A stretch of 64,000 nucleotides of DNA, from positions 32,736,001-32,800,000 of the forward strand of contig NC_043004.1 in NCBI RefSeq assembly GCF_006345805.1, read 5' to 3'. Of the stretch, positions 61,535-64,000 are shown piece after piece (within the stretch, counting starts at the first letter, position 1; each line of letters opens with the position of its first letter). The notes beneath the pieces were generated by a model. That model saw only the letters and a program-made list of their open reading frames with translations, did no database searches and was not told the DNA's origin. The position numbers and the translations under genes were made by a program. The stretch is from Octopus sinensis (lineage: Eukaryota).

Positions 61535-61755
61535 TCTTGATGGGGGCTAAACATAGAGGGGACAAACAAGGACAGACAAAGGGATTAAGTTGATTACATC
61601 GACTCCTAGTGTGTAACTGGTACTTATTTAAAAGAACTCGAAAGTATGAAAGGCAAAGTCGATCTCGGCAGAATTTGAACTCAGAATGTAATGGCAGACA
61701 AAACACCACTAAGCATTTCACCCAGTGTGCTAACAATTCTGCCAGCTCACCACCT
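61535..61755 (-). mobile_element. Family A SINE, long tail, heavily CpG-decayed
   Basis: CATTTCACCCAGTGTGCTAACAATTCTGCCAGCTCACCACC vs CATTTCGCCCGGCGTGCTAACG.TTCTGCCAGCTCGCCGCC at 2942. Confidence 0.88.
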
Positions 61756-61844
61756 TTAATATATATTGCCAAGTGGAGTGACATCAGCCATTACTAGGTA
61801 CACACACACACCATGCTTGTGGGATCAATAGACTTGCTGTTTGA

Positions 61845-62090
61845 CCCTTTAACTTTTAAACCAGCCATATCTGGGCCAAATATCTGGGGCACAAATATTC
61901 TCTCAGTTTTATCTTCAAACTAACCAGATCTGGCCTTTCACACCTACTTTACAATGTCATTCTGAAAATAAACAATCGCATCATCAAAATCTCAAAGCTA
62001 CGAGATAATGTGTGATTAATTCAAAACGATGTGAATAAATAAGAATTTCTAATTGACAGAGAAGCAAACTGGAAGCTAAAGTGTTCAGTT
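61845..62090. mobile_element. Second degenerate piggyBac-like MITE
   Basis: TTGA|CCCTTTAAC...GCTAAAGTG|TTCA resembles TTAA-CCCTTTAGC...GCTAAAGGG-TTAA ends. Confidence 0.45.
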
Positions 62091-62329
62091 GCATTTCTGG
62101 AAAGTGACGTCTTCAAGGTTGCAGGCTTGTGGACAAAGCTTTGGAATTAGGGTTTAATCTAAGGTTTGAGACACAGGAATTGTTGCAAAAATGATTGAAG
62201 AGACAAGAGGAAGAAAGAAGCACTGTGTGAGTGGTTGCAGTGTATAAGGTAGAAGGGGGAAAAATCTTAACCAATCTCCAACATCGGAAAGGTGATGGAT
62301 GAACATGGCTGTGTCTTTTATCACACTGA

Positions 62330-62367
<38 letters not shown>

Positions 62368-62576
62368 ATACTGATTATAAGCATACACAGACATACACAA
62401 TACCTATAAACACATACAGACATACATACATGCACCATACATCTACCCACACCATAAACATGAATAGGAGTTAATAAAACTGTTTTTAGCTGATCTCGTT
62501 CCAATTTTGTTAAGCCAGAGCGGAGAAGTAAGTGTTTAACAAGACATTTATCTTTGCTGTTGTTTCTCTATTTCAG

Positions 62577-62682
62577 CTTTAACATTCTCATGCATAATCA
62601 TTGGAGTGTTAGCTTTGCTCCATCAAGGAATCAAATTCTTGCTCATATACACAGAGGCTGAAGATATCCATAAACATTTGAC
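62577..62682 (+). CDS. Candidate internal coding exon encoding a hydrophobic (transmembrane-like) segment
   Basis: Acceptor CTTTGCTGTTGTTTCTCTATTTCAG, donor AC|GTAAGT; only one frame open: LTFSCIIIGVLALLHQGIKFLLIYTEAEDIHKHL; non-repetitive sequence. Protein family not recognised. Confidence 0.55.
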
Positions 62683-63248
62683 GTAAGTTTTTTTCTCTCC
62701 ATTTTTGCTTCCCTTGTTCTCATTTACTTCTTAGTAAATTGAACCTACTGCTTTTTTTATAAATAATGGTGTGTAACCCCTGGCTGCAGTCTTGGCACAA
62801 TCAGGATATAGATTTAAAAAAATAAAACATATTCTTACCCTGCTCGTGTAAGCAACAGCAAGGTGTTGTAATCACTCGTCTTTGTGTGTTTGGAAAATTA
62901 CTGGAAAAAGGCTGAATGGATTTTCACCAAATTTGGCAGAAATACTCATTGGATGAGTGGCTTGAAATAACGAGCATTTGGTTTGATTATCTTCAAACAT
63001 ACAGAAATGTATACATAGATATGCAACTTTGTGTATGTGTGTGTACAGTGATGGATTCAAGGGTTTCATTTATTTACAAGTTGATTTCTTAATTTTACCA
63101 GAGTATACCTATAATGGGGATCATAGAACCCAGTAGAGTCCTCTAGCTTTTCTGTTTTTGTTAAACAGTCCAACCCATGCCAGCATGGAGAAAAGGACGT
63201 TAAATGATGATGATGATGATTACATATATATATATATATATACACACA

Positions 63249-63284
<36 letters not shown>

Positions 63285-63650
63285 CAGACAGAGTGTGGTT
63301 GATGAGAAACTGATCAAAGTAGTGAGGCACAAAGAAAAGATATGAACTAGTAAACTCTCCATTTAATATTTATTTGTTCCACTCAGATTAATTAACCAAT
63401 AACTTGTGTGTTGATGTCAGTCAATCAATCATAATTTATTTGGTTGTTAAGATGGTTGCTTGCAGAATCGGCAGAGCATAACAAATTTGATTGGCGATAT
63501 TAGTGCTAGCTCTTTACATTGTCGGTTCAAATCTTACCTTGGTCGACTTTGTCTTTCATCCTTCTAGGCTTGATGAAATAAAGAACCAGTTAAGTATGGG
63601 AGGTTGATTGTACAGACTATTGTTTCTCCCCTCACTACACAAATATATCT

Positions 63651-63890
63651 TGGAGAATACGCCTCACTGAGAAACAGCTGTACAGACATCTCCTGCCAGT
63701 TTCCACTGTTGTAAAGGAAACGTGCTTGTGATTTGCAAGATATTACTGGTGAGCTAAACAAGGCTTGGCAAGTGGCCGTACTTGAGTAGGTTGTCTGAAC
63801 ACAAGGTATGTAGATCAGTTTGCCAGAGACACTGGATGCCCCCCTGAAGACCTCTCTCAACTGATGCAGGACTGGGACGGATGGGCATGT
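63651..63890 (+). mobile_element. RTE-X-like LINE C-terminal remnant
   Basis: WRIRLTEKQLYRHLLPVSTVVKE and VGCLNTRYVDQFARDTGC..EDLSQLMQDWDGW match RTE-type W...N..LY..LP.IS / GRP..TY.DQL..DTG...M.DR..W motifs; GRP>GCL is explained by CpG decay. Confidence 0.7.
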
Positions 63891-64000
63891 GTGGATTAGA
63901 AATATCTGAGCAAATCCACCCACTTCAAAATTGCTAGCTTTGTGCCTAAACTAGAAACCATTCTTTTATTTGTCAGAATCCTTCCATTGATAAGAAGGAG

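Overview
AT-rich, repeat-dominated animal genomic DNA. It is not prokaryotic: there is no operon, CRISPR array or intact rRNA/tRNA gene. The SINE families, microsatellite load and piggyBac/Helitron MITEs match what I recall of Octopus genomes (inference). Almost all ORFs in the track are artefacts of microsatellites or SINEs. Protein-coding remnants come from non-LTR retrotransposons of several clades: RTE (a 398-codon stop-free RT-to-zinc-finger fragment at 42686-43882), RTE-X-like, CR1, HERO, R4/Dong-like and Tx1/L1-like, plus a deleted Tc1/mariner. Other content includes three ~390-bp non-autonomous Helitrons, piggyBac-like MITEs, a 240-bp foldback palindrome, a 5S rRNA pseudogene and dozens of tRNA-derived SINEs (labelled A, B, C/H-T here). 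From about 51.5 kb onward, repeats show strong CpG decay, starting just after an E-box + NRF1-type motif pair at 51080-51103. This suggests the 5' part of a gene-body-methylated + strand gene, with candidate exons at 56295-56361, ~60829-60900 and 62577-62682. The most interesting signal is a ~260-bp element (three copies) that fuses a tRNA-type Pol III promoter to a Penelope-type minimal hammerhead ribozyme; two of the copies form an inverted pair flanked by one 12-bp direct repeat. Family letters are my own labels, and boundaries of decayed copies are approximate.
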